Source of the DNA: Mayamaea pseudoterrestris
Lineage: Eukaryota
Reading direction: 5' to 3'
Length of the DNA stretch: 64,000 bases
NCBI GenBank assembly: GCA_027923505.1
Contig: BROI01000020.1
Coordinates: forward strand, 248,001-312,000
A program made the position numbers and the translations under genes. Positions 10,431-21,740 of the stretch are shown here, in pieces (positions within the stretch are counted from its first letter, which is position 1; every line of letters begins with the position of its first letter). The notes beneath the pieces are model-generated. The model was not told where the DNA came from. It saw only the letters and a list, made by a program, of their open reading frames with translations, and did not search any database.

Positions 10431-11173
10431 TACCAGAATTATGCCGCTTTAAAGTAGTGTTAATCTATAATACTCAATATAGAATCCCCATATTATATTA
10501 TTCAGATATATGGACTTGATGCGATTTCGTGCAGTGATCTCGACGTGCGATAAACCAAATCTATCTTACCCATTTCCTGGACAAGCCTTTTCACTTCGAC
10601 ATAGACGGAACTTGAATCCACATCTTGGTAGCGAGATCATAATACTTGTCGACTTTTTCTTGGTGCGTTGGCGAGGAACATTAAACTGTATCCACCCGAG
10701 TCCCCCATTGTGCAGACGATAATTCGGTTCTCGGCAACGGTAACTGTCTGACTTAGCATTTGCTTCCAGGTACTGAATTGCCTTTACATAGAAGAACGTA
10801 TCACCAATAAGTTATCATACCTGCGAACAAATGTGAGTCTTTTTTAATGTCTCCACCACGAAACCCATCGGACACAACATAAGACTTCATGGTAGTTCAT
10901 ATCATATTCCTTCTGATGAGTTTGATATCTATCCCCAAGGCAAATAATCGACAGTTTTAGAAGGATCCATCCTGACAGGCAAGCGTAGCATCTTCTGTTT
11001 CAAAGAGCAGTCCACATCTTTCAATTGTCTCGAACAATCCTTCACCAATTAGGTATAGAGGACTTTATCACAGTAGAATTACAGTAAGTAATGGTCGTTC
11101 GAAAACTACTCTACTCAACTCGACAAACACTAGATCATTCTCCGTCTCTCCAGTTGCTCCCGTCTAGAACCAT

Positions 11174-12038
11174 TTACAAATCCTCAAGCCACGGCTGCAT
11201 CACCTCGGCAATCGTATCAATGGCCGCATGACTGACATATTCCTGCTTAACCTTCTTCCATCCCTTGCCAGACCACAACATGACACCAAATGGATTGGTA
11301 TTCTCCTCGACCTCATGCAAGCGGCATTTTGATTTCCAGACGACAAGCTTCAAAAGGACAGTCTTGGCGAGCGCTCGTCTTCAAAAGCGAACGAACTTGG
11401 TCTCCAACTTCGTCCAAGGCGTCTTGACTATTAGGCATCTGCAAGTGGATGAATTTGCGGCACAAGTAGCCATAAACTTGCTCCTTCCACGCATTATGTT
11501 CGAGCTTCTCAATGCGGTCGATCATATTCTCTCCAATGAAGCCAGCAAGGATGGGACGGTCATCCGCCGAGTTTTTAAACACTGCTGCTGGCCAGAAACT
11601 ACCGGTAATAGGCTCTTGTATTTGCAACTGCGAGTCCAAACGAAAACACGGATACGTAGCGACTGGCGCCTGAGTATTGCGAGGCGGATTACGAAATAAA
11701 AAAATGCTCGGCGGCAGCACTCCTTGCTGTTGACGTTCATGGTAGTCATTGAGCAAAGGGACGCCGTCTCCATCTGCAGCCGCAGATGGCGTTCCAAAGC
11801 CGAAACTTGGACGAGCAGCTGGAGGATCTTCGACACCAAAGCCTGCAGCTGCAAACCCTAAGCCTCCTCCAAGCCCGCCTGCGGGCTGCATCAGACCCGC
11901 TGCAACTGGCGCACCAAAGGCACCACCTTGCGGCGCACCGCCATCAGGAGCATCTGGCGGCGGTCCAAATAATCCGCCACCGCGAGCAGCTGGCGCTCCG
12001 AAATTAGAATTGTCGTTGTTCGGAGGATATCCAAACAT
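11174..12038 (-). pseudogene. FG/GA-rich protein with conserved C-terminal LKLVVWKxKC domain, frameshifted near 11375 (pseudogene or assembly error)
   Basis: ATG at 12038. After LLK the paralog-matching sequence LAKTVLLKLVVWKSKCRLHE...WSGKGWKKVKQEYV...MQPWLEDL* continues in another frame to TAA at 11174. Confidence 0.75.
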
Positions 12039-12542
12039 GATCAAGGCAATTAATCGACAAGAGTGGTGCGGTGGGATCCAGGGCGACGCTGCACGGCTGC
12101 TGCCAAAAAGCTGAACCAGTTCCACGATGGCGATTTCCGTTGCGCGAGCTGTAGATGCCGGACTATGTCGTACCGGTTAAAATATCGGAGCAAGTTTGAC
12201 ATCCCCGCGGGAGCGAAACTGGCCACTTGATCGCAGCTTGCTACGGGATTTGGCGACTGAACGAGCGTATAGGTTATTTGTGTCAACTATGTTAATAGCT
12301 TCTTTGTTGACTTATCAGTGTTTTTGGTAAAGTGCCAAGATATCAGCCACACACTCTGAATTCTCCACGATAGACCACATCAACATTGCGTAAGTAGTAT
12401 GTAAGTTTACTGTTAGCACAATTATTGGATCGCCGTCGCAAGAATCCTGTACTCTACTCGAAAACACTTGTTTTCTGTTGCAGTTAAACTCCGACTCCCG
12501 TGTCGCTTTCATGTTTCACTAAGGTAATCTCTTGTCGCTCGC

Positions 12543-13805
12543 TTACTCCTCGAGCCATGGCCGAATGAGTTTCGCAACCGTTTCAATTGCCGCATCGTCA
12601 ACGTAATGCTGCTTGACCTTTTTCCATCCCTTACTGGACCACATGACGGCGCCAAGCGGGTTGGAATTTTCGTCGCTCGAGTGCAAACGACACTTGGCCT
12701 TCCACACCACCAGTTTCAAGACGGAGATCTTGGCAAGCACCTCCAAATGCTTCAGAAGAGCGAGCAACTTGTCTCCAAAGTCTTCATCCATCATGTTCGA
12801 ATCCGACTGCGCCTGGATCGACTTGCGGCTAAAGTAGCCAAAGACCTTCTCCTTCCAGTCATTGTACTCAAGCTTGTTGATGCGATCGACGATTTCCTGC
12901 GCAAGATGTCCGACAAGGACCGAGTCGCCGCCGCCCGTCTTTGACGTGGGGACGACTGGATTGTTGCGGTTAATGGGAGCTCGAAAGGACGAGTGCGACC
13001 CAAAAGGAACGAAGTTTGAAGTTGGAGCTGCAGCTGCAGCTTGAATTGAAGCGAAAGAAAAGCCATTCGATCCAAAAGCAGGTGGCGTAAAGCCAGTTTT
13101 GGTGGCCGGCGGAAAACCAAAAGACGACGCGGTTCCAAATCCGGCTGACTCATGCGGAGCAGGAGCTGTCGCGAAAGGAAAAGGCGAGCGAGGCCGGTCA
13201 AAGCGGTGAGCTGGATTTTTCTTACGTTCAATGAAAGGTATGTGTGGCTGCAGCTGCGGCAACGCTCCAAAACCTGCCGTAGCCCCGGAAAATCCGCCCA
13301 TCCAATTTAGTGACGTACCAGGCTGCGTTCCAAAACCAAATCCTCCAGATGTCGCCGACGGCGCTCCAAAAGCCGAGAGAAAAGGCTGCATTTCAAACCC
13401 AAATCCTCCAGAAGTCGCCAGCGGCGCTCCAAATCCTCCAGAGGTCGTCGAGAATCCATGGTCTCCTCCAAACCCGCCAATGCTGTGCGGAGCTGCGGAT
13501 GTTTCGCCAAAGAGTGAAGGAGCTGGCGCCGCACCAAATAAGCTGCTTGGAGCTGACGTCGTACCAAAACAGCTTGGAGCTGGAGCCGGCAGACCAAGAG
13601 CTACAGACGTCGCCGACGGGAATCCAAATCCTCCAGACGACGCCGCGAATCCAGGGCCTCCTCCAAACCCGCCTAAACTGTTTGGAGCTGCGGATGTTTC
13701 GCCAGAGACGGGAGGAGCCGGCATTGCACCAAATAAAGCGCATATGCTGCTACTTGGAGCTGATGGCGGCGCTCCAAACGAATGTTCATTCTTCCACTTA
13801 GTCAT
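12543..13805 (-). CDS. FG-repeat low-complexity protein with conserved C-terminal domain; tandem paralog of 11174-12038
   Basis: Many GGFG/SLFG repeats. The C-terminus VLKLVVWKAKCRLH...WKKVKQ...LIRPWLEE aligns with the neighbour, and the CTTGATCATG start context is shared. Confidence 0.8.
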   Translation of the reverse strand: MTKWKNEHSFGAPPSAPSSSICALFGAMPAPPVSGETSAAPNSLGGFGGGPGFAASSGGFGFPSATSVALGLPAPAPSCFGTTSAPSSLFGAAPAPSLFGETSAAPHSIGGFGGDHGFSTTSGGFGAPLATSGGFGFEMQPFLSAFGAPSATSGGFGFGTQPGTSLNWMGGFSGATAGFGALPQLQPHIPFIERKKNPAHRFDRPRSPFPFATAPAPHESAGFGTASSFGFPPATKTGFTPPAFGSNGFSFASIQAAAAAPTSNFVPFGSHSSFRAPINRNNPVVPTSKTGGGDSVLVGHLAQEIVDRINKLEYNDWKEKVFGYFSRKSIQAQSDSNMMDEDFGDKLLALLKHLEVLAKISVLKLVVWKAKCRLHSSDENSNPLGAVMWSSKGWKKVKQHYVDDAAIETVAKLIRPWLEE

Positions 13806-14215
13806 GATCAAGACAGTCAGAGACAGTGGTGCGATGAAAGATGAAGACGATGCTGCTGCTGCTGCTGCTGCCAAAATTCTGAATCGGTTCCTCGATGAAG
13901 GCGCATTTTCCGTTGCGTCGGCGCGGTTGCGTGATTTACTGTCGTAGCGGTTCCATAAAGTCGTAGCGGGTCTGGCATTCCTCGCGGCCGCGAAACGTGC
14001 GAGCCATCACTCGTCATCCCAGCTTGCTACCGTACGGGATCAAGAGACTGAGTTGAAAAACGGCTCATCTGGTCCAAGAGTAATACTCATTTACAGTGGT
14101 GTTCGGTAAAAGTTGATTAGGCGTGCAACCACACTCGGAAACGTTTCGACGTACATCTCGCCTCTCGACGAGCCTTGACGACCATCAGCAAACCACTACA
14201 AATTTTGATACTACT

Positions 14216-17200
14216 ATGGAAGCCTTCCTCAAAGACCTTTGTTCCAACAAGAAGAAATCATATGTATGTGATGCACAGGTGCAGTCGGCCCTTGCTGGCC
14301 TCGCCGTCGCTCTGCGTGACGTACTCCCCATTCTAAAATCGTCTCATGCACAAGGCGGATCACCAAACGAAGCAGCTTCACCATTGCAAGAGTCTCCGTC
14401 GTCCTCATCATCACTCATCAATGCATCATGGCTGCTGAAACATTGTTCCACTGTATCATCCGCACTGGGTGCCAACTACTTGGCCGAGTGCATTTACGAC
14501 GTGGCAACGAACGAATCACTCGACGAAGCGTCGCAGCAGGCTGCCCTCTTTGACGTGCTGGGGTCGTCCGATCAGGCCATGGCAGTCTTGTTTGAAATCA
14601 TGCCAGTGATGCGGGAGATTGCTCGTAACATGCGACGAGACGAACTAGTATCGGATGATACAATAGTGCAAAATGGCAATGCTGTTGCAGCCGCACCAAT
14701 CTACGTTGACCTGGAGGAGGAAAAGCGACAATTGCTAGTGCAGGAAGCCAGGGAAGCGGCGCAACTGGCCGAGCTGGCGCGTCAGGAGCTAGAGCACGCC
14801 AATTCGTATACAAACGCGTCAGAAACCTTGACGCACTCGGTCGCTCGACAATCCAATCGCGACGCAACCAAGCAGGTGGAGCGGCTCGAAAAGAAGGCGG
14901 CGCAAGCCTTGGCTCGCGCCAAGGAGCAAGGCGCCATTCTTGACGATGAAATCTTTTGGAAGCTTGATTTGCAGGAGCGAGGACCGGGTGGCTTGATGAA
15001 GAAATCGACAAACGATTTGGAGGCTTTGCATGATTCGCTGCTGGCAAGTGGTGCGAAGCAATACTACAACGATAAGGGGTTGCCGTTTGGAACAATGTTT
15101 GAAAAGGGTAGTGGCTACGAAAAGGTTATTATTCCAGCTGCTCGTCGAGATGAATCAAAGCTACCGGACCGTCTCAAGGTTCGTGAAGTAATGGACGAAG
15201 CCTGCCAGCGCGCGTTTGATGGTACAGAATCACTCAACCCAATGCAATCAACAGTATTTGACGTTGCCTTTTGGGGCAGAGAAAACATGCTTGTGTGTGC
15301 GCCCACGGGAGCTGGTAAAACGAACGTGGCAATGCTAGCGGTAGTGTCGCATTTTCGAGACGTTGGGTTGCTTCCAGGCGCGTCAACGAGCAACCAAACC
15401 ATTATGGAGACTGGACGCAAGGTTGTTTACATTGCACCAATGAAGGCATTGGCGCAGGAAGTTGTCGAAAAATTTTCCTCCAAGTTGAAATCATTGCGGC
15501 TCATCGTGCGCGAACTGACGGGCGACATGCAGCTGACGCGGGCCGAAGCAGAGTCGGCCAATGTCATTGTCACAACTCCGGAAAAATGGGATGTTGTGAC
15601 ACGCAAGTCCGGCACGGATGAACTTTCTCTCGGCAATCAGTGTGGGCTCTTGATTATCGACGAGGTAAGATGACAATAGTGTCCATTGTTATTTGTGTTG
15701 TGATTGTTTCGTCAACGCTGACTCCCCTGCCCTACGGCTCAGGTCCATTTGCTAGCGGATGATCGAGGCGCTGTCATTGAGTCCGTAGTGGCTAGACATC
15801 ACAGGCTTGTGGAAGCGTGTCAACGCCAACTTCGAATTGTGGCCTTGTCGGCAACACTGCCGAATTATATGGATGTTGCAAACTTTCTTCAAGTGCCTCC
15901 TCGAGGAATCTTTTTCTTTGGGCCTGAGTTTCGCCCAGTGCCACTGCAACAGTCAATGATTGGGATCTCAAAGAAAGATCGAAGGCAAAGGGATATAAAA
16001 ATGAATGAGATTTGCTATGACATTGTCATTGATTCGCTACGTCGCGGCTATCAAGTAATGGTATTTGTGCATTCAAGAAAAGGTACTGGTGATACGGCGC
16101 GCGCGTTGGCGGATCTCGCTGCAGCAGATGGCGCTCTCGAAAGTCATTTCGTCACAGCTGGGAAGGACGGTGTTGCGGGAGATGCATATAGTAGATACAA
16201 GGACAAGGTGACCAAGTCGAGGGACCGTCAAGTAGCCATGCATTTTCAGAATGGTATGGGAATTCACCATGCTGGAATGTTGCGTGGCGACCGCAAGCTG
16301 ACGGAGAACATGTTTAGCGACGGTGCCATAAAAATCCTATGCTGCACAGCGTAAGCCATGCACAAACTAGTGATTATATGCTTGTGCTTATTGGTTTTCC
16401 ATTCGTGCACTTACATTCGTCGCCATACTTGCTCGGTTTTCTAAAATGACAGCGTAAGTTTTCGTTGGATGTCGTGCATCTTCTCGTAAAAGCGTGCACT
16501 CACCCTGCTTATCACTTCATCAACTACCGGCAGACGCTAGCATGGGGAATTAACCTCCCGGCGCACACGTAGGAATATTGGTGCTGTATTTTTTTAACCA
16601 AACAATAGCGGTGCTTGATTCTCACAACAGCGTCACTCTTGCTGTACAACAGGGTTATAATAAAAGGAACAGAAGTGTACAACCCTGAGAAGGGTGGCGC
16701 CGTCGATCTATCAATTTTGGATGTGCAACAAATTTTTGGACGAGCTGGTCGACCGCAGTTTGACTCTTCGGGTGAAGCAACTTTAATAACGTCGTATGAC
16801 GCTTATCAGCGATACATAACAAAACTTGTCCGTGCCGTCCCAATCGAGTCAAATTTTATCAAACAACTTCCAGATCATTTGAACGCAGAGATTGTGGGTG
16901 GAACCGTGTCGACCATACAAGAAGCCGTGCAATGGCTTGGATACACGTACCTGCATATCAGAATGCTTGGCAATCCTCTGGCGTACGGAATTAAACCCGA
17001 GGAGAAGAATGATGATCCAACGCTTGTGTCTCGCCGCCGCGAGCTCATCGTGCATGCCGCGAAGCATCTTAGTGCCACTAAGATGATCGCCTATGCACAA
17101 GCATCCGGCAATTTGTCTGCCAGAGAAATGGGACGAACAGCCGCTCACTTTTACGTTCAATCCGAGAGTGTGGCGACGTTTAATGACCAGATGGGAAGTA

Positions 17201-20200
17201 ACAAAAATCTTTCGAATGCATCCCTTGTTCACACCATTGCATCGGCTAGCGAGTTTCAGAATATGAAAGTGCGGCAAGAAGAACTGGAGGAACTTGAGAA
17301 GATTGCCGGCAATTGTCCCTTGGAGATTAGAGGTGCTGGACTTGATGATGGGGGCAGAGGCCTCGTTACTAGTGCCACCGACAAGGCCTTCCTGCTAATT
17401 CAGGCCTACATATCAAAGGAACGGATAACTAGTTTTACACTCATATCAGACGTTAATTATATCTCGGCGAACGCTGGACGTATCGCGCGGGCGCTTTTTG
17501 AGATGTGTCTCAAGCAAGGTGATGCTGGGTCAGCAATGAAACTCTTACGGATTGCGAAGAGCGTCGATAATCGAATCTGGTGGTTTCAAACACCATTACG
17601 ACAGTTTGAAGGCGAGATTCGTGATAATGCGCTTCTACATCTCGAAAAGGCCGTCAGCTCCGAATACAGTGGGCTTGCGTCAGTCACGTCTTTGCTCGAC
17701 CTGCACCCAAACGAGGTTGGTAGCCTGTGTCATTGGCACAAAGGTGGTGAGAAAGTACAAAGTTTGATCCGTATGCTTCCACAATTTGAAGTGGATTGTC
17801 GTGTATTGCCTGTAACAGGTAGTATACTCAAATTCCACGTCACATTGACGCCGACGTTTGTTTGGCATGGACGATGGCATGGGGGCGGACAATCATTTTG
17901 GTTCTGGATCGAGAACACTGAGAGTAAGCGCATCTACCACCATGAGCAGTTCACACTGACAAAAGCAAAGAGTGCAAGCTCATTTGCGATTGATGCCATG
18001 GCACCAATTTTTGGCGAGTCAGGCCAATTTGTGGTAAAGATCATATCCGACTCGTGGGTCGGTGTTGAGCAGGTTGTACCTATTTCTATTGAAGAATCTC
18101 AGTTACCCAGGCAAGACGAAGTGTTGACGAAGCTTCAAGATTTGACTCCCCTTCCGACGTCGGCTTTACAAAATGCTGCTTATGAAAAATTGTATCCGTT
18201 TCATGCATTCAACCCGATTCAGACGCAATTATTTCATGTTCTCTACCATACGGATTCTCCCGTTCTGCTGGGTGCGCCAACAGGAAGTGGCAAGACAATC
18301 GTTGCAGAGTTAGCTCTTCTCCGACTGAAGAAACTCCGACCCTCAAGCATCTGCGTTTACATTGCTCCACTAAAGGCGCTTGCCCGAGAGAGACTGAAGG
18401 ATTGGCAGCGACGACTTGGTGCGCCACCCCTTAACTGGAACGTCTTGGAATTGTCGGGTGATACGCATCATGATTTGTCACGGCTGGAACGATCGGATGT
18501 GCTGATATGCACACCTGAAAAATGGGATCTTCTCTCACGCGGATGGCGAGGTTTTCAAACGGGGGGCGCCGTTAAGGAAAAATCGTTCGTGAAACGTGTG
18601 GGCCTTCTCGTGATAGACGAAGGTAAGCTAGTGTTCACTATGCACTAGTGATCACCAGTATTGCATTCAACTCAACCTTTCCTATTCGTTAAAGTGCACT
18701 TGCTCGGCGAAGAAAGAGGAGCTGTCCTCGAAGCCATTGTTAGTAGGACCCGGTTTATTTCTCGAACGCTGCAACAATCGAAAGGGCCGAAGGACGAGGA
18801 AGAAACACGTATTGTCGGACTTTCCACGTCCCTTGCGAACGCCGTCGATTTAGGTGCTTGGATTGGCATTGAGACAGAAAGTATGAGTTCGAGCAACCGA
18901 CAAGGTCTGTTTAATTTTTCTCAATATGTTAGGCCGATACCCATCGCGGTGCACGTCCAGGGATTTTCCGGCAAGCATTATTGCCCCAGAATGGCAACGA
19001 TGAACAAGCCTTGCTATGCGGCTATAAAGGACTACGCTCCGACAAAACCAACTCTTATATTTGTTGCCTCGCGTCGCCAGACTCGTCTTACGGCAATTGA
19101 CTTAATCAGCTATGCAGCAAGTGATGAACAGCCTATGTCCTTTCTGGACTGTAGCCAAGACTACATCGAATCGGTTGCCGAGAATATCCGCGACGAGTCA
19201 TTACGCCATACGCTGACGTTTGGCATCGGTTTGCACCATGCGGGCCTTACTTCTGCTGATCGAGAGGTTGTTGAGCGTTTATTTTTAGAAGGTCGGATTC
19301 GTGTTTTGGTGGCAACTGCGTAAGTCATTGATAGTGTCATCGTTTGACGAGTAACTTCTTGCGCTGATCCATTTTTCTCTTCCTGTAGTACCCTTGCATG
19401 GGGCCTGAATTTGCCCGGACGATTATGCATTGTTAAAGGAACTGAATATTTTGATGGGAAGTCTTCGCGTTACGTCGATTATCCCTTGACTGATGTTTTG
19501 CAGATGATCGGTCGCGCTGGCAGGCCAGGGTTTGATACGCAAGCATTCGCTGTGGTAATGGCTACTGAAGACAAGAAGAATTTCTATAAGAAGTTTTTGG
19601 TGAGCGAACGTTTTTCTCTGCTTGCTATGAGCGCACACATGTTTACATACTAACCCTTGCGCGTCAATTTTACCGTAGTATACCTCGTTTCCAGTGGAGT
19701 CTTGTCTACAAGATAAATTATGCGAAAACATTAATGCTGAAATTGCAAGTGGGACGATATCAACGACGGTGGATGCGCTGGGTTATTTGTCGTGGACATT
19801 CTTTGCGCGCCGGGTAAAAGCCAACCCATCTTATTATGGCGCCAAGTCATCCGACGACGATGACGTCGAAGAGTTTCTCTTTTCCACTGTAAAAGACACG
19901 CTGGCCCAACTTGACGAGAGCGGCTGCATCGTTACTCAGCTAAACGACGACACTGCCCAGGTTAAGTCTACTTCATTGTCTATTGCAGCTGCGAGTTATT
20001 ATCTCAGCCATCGCACACCAAAACAAATGCAGTTTGGCGTCAAAGAAGGTCGACGCATTGTTCTGAACTATCTTGAAGAAGAAACAAATTCCAAAGTCAG
20101 CGACTCCCTTAAAACGAGTTTGAGTTCATTTGAACGCTCGCCACGCATCGACGAAGTTGCATCCGGATGGCTGTTGTACACGCTCTGCTCAACACATGAG

Positions 20201-21094
20201 TTTGACGAACACCCTGTCCGCCATAATGAGGAGCATTTAAACGAGGAGCTAAGCCGTAGTCTCATGTGGGGCCCAGACATGACGATGCTGCTTTCCGGTC
20301 GCCGAAGTTACAATATTGAGATCTTCCAAGATCCTCACACAAAATGCTTTTTGCTACTGCAAGCCTATTTGCAGCGTGCCAAGCTTCCGATCACCGACTA
20401 CGTGAACGATACAATGAGCGTGGTCGACAATGTACCCCGTCTGCTAGCGGCGATGGAGTATATCGCTTGCCAGGACAAGGAGCAGCCAGGCAGCTTCGAG
20501 TTGCTGACGCAATTTTCTCGAACGCGACAATTCGTTGCAACCAAAAGTACACCACAGAGCGACCCCGTGTTGCTCCTAGTTGGTGCTCCTGAGTTTACGG
20601 TAAACAAGCAGAAGAACAGCAACCATATCACTTCTTTACGAGAAATTCGCGCGATGCCACGTGCAACTGCTGTGAATACCATTTCACAATTGACGCGTTT
20701 GAACAAGAAGAGAGTTGATGTGGCCATCACCTCCCTTTTTAGATTACCACTCGTCAACTTGAATAAGTGTGCGGTCTCTCATCATGTCGATAAGGCGACC
20801 GGAAAGGCAGTCGGCAAGCTTGAAATGCATTTACAGATGGAACGCCAACGAGACAAGGCCGACAATGAAGTTTCCTTGACGATTCTTCTTGGTAGCTATC
20901 ACCAAAAGATGCTTTTGGGACAGTCATCGATCAGAATCGACAGGTCGGGGAAATTCGATGTAGTCCGAACGGTCGAGTTTGATTGGAACAGGGCTAATGC
21001 CGATGGTGGAGCGGAGGGTGGACGAATGATTATTCGACTATTGTTTGATAACATACGAGGGCTCGATGCTGAAATGCTGATTAGCCTGACGTAA
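14216..21094 (+). CDS. ASCC3: Ski2-like double-cassette helicase ASCC3/Slh1 (2x DExH + Sec63)
   Basis: Motifs [22 protein letters not shown] and [12 protein letters not shown], then a second cassette [21 protein letters not shown] and [12 protein letters not shown]. Introns: 15665-15742, 16351-16452, 16454-16533, 16569-16652, 18623-18694, 19320-19388, 19600-19678. Confidence 0.92.
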
Positions 21095-21740
21095 CGAGAC
21101 GCCATGGAATGTAAGCCTGCCGCACGTCTATAAGAGGAGAATAGCATTCTGTCAACTTCCTCTGTGCGATTAACGGTAAGTATTAGTCAGCATACGAGTA
21201 CCCTCAGGATCCTGACTCTGCAGATATAAGTGTTGAAGTAGACTATAACAATTGAACCTCAAGTTTGGGACAGCTGCCCAACGGGATGCTTTCCGTAGGC
21301 TGATCTGTTTGGTCTGATTGGCACACTTGTCAATGACTGGTCCGTTCTTTATAATAACTAACAAGGCCCATTGCCATGTGTACGACTAAATAACTCTTTG
21401 ATGAACCACTATTATAAACGCCGCAATGCCGTTGGCATTTTTCCCGCGGCGTCGTACTGCAAAATCCGTCTTTCATTTGACATTTGGTTATTAGCTAGGG
21501 CAAGTTTACCAGGAAGCTAACGGAAGCTGCACATGATGTAGTTAAGCAAGAAATGCACTTATATGGCTTATTGGATGTTAAGCTACTTTAAGTGATAGCC
21601 ATCTCCGCCGGTCTCGCTACATCTCGCACATATCAACCAAATCGAACCGAGAGACAGCTTGGATCATATGATCATCATCACAGCACATCAACAACAAAAA
21701 CAAAGCACACTACCAGGATAATACGGGACCAAATTATTGC

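Larger units (their letters stand above)
7900..10450 (+). repeat. Degenerate tandem triplication, ~865-875-bp unit
   Basis: The anchor GATATAAACTAATCG recurs at 7968, 8832 and 9708. Units 1 and 2 align almost throughout; unit 3 is more diverged. Each unit carries a copy of the same small ORF. Confidence 0.9.

Noticed and set aside
10500..11050. Minus-strand fragment resembling a Kelch repeat (VDKYYDLATKMWIQVPSMS)
   Set aside because: A single short match in stop-ridden frames with no GG motif in frame; at most a decayed remnant.
13231..13947. Long antisense ORFs (also at 4824, 31187 and 57129)
   Set aside because: Shadows of real genes on the opposite strand.
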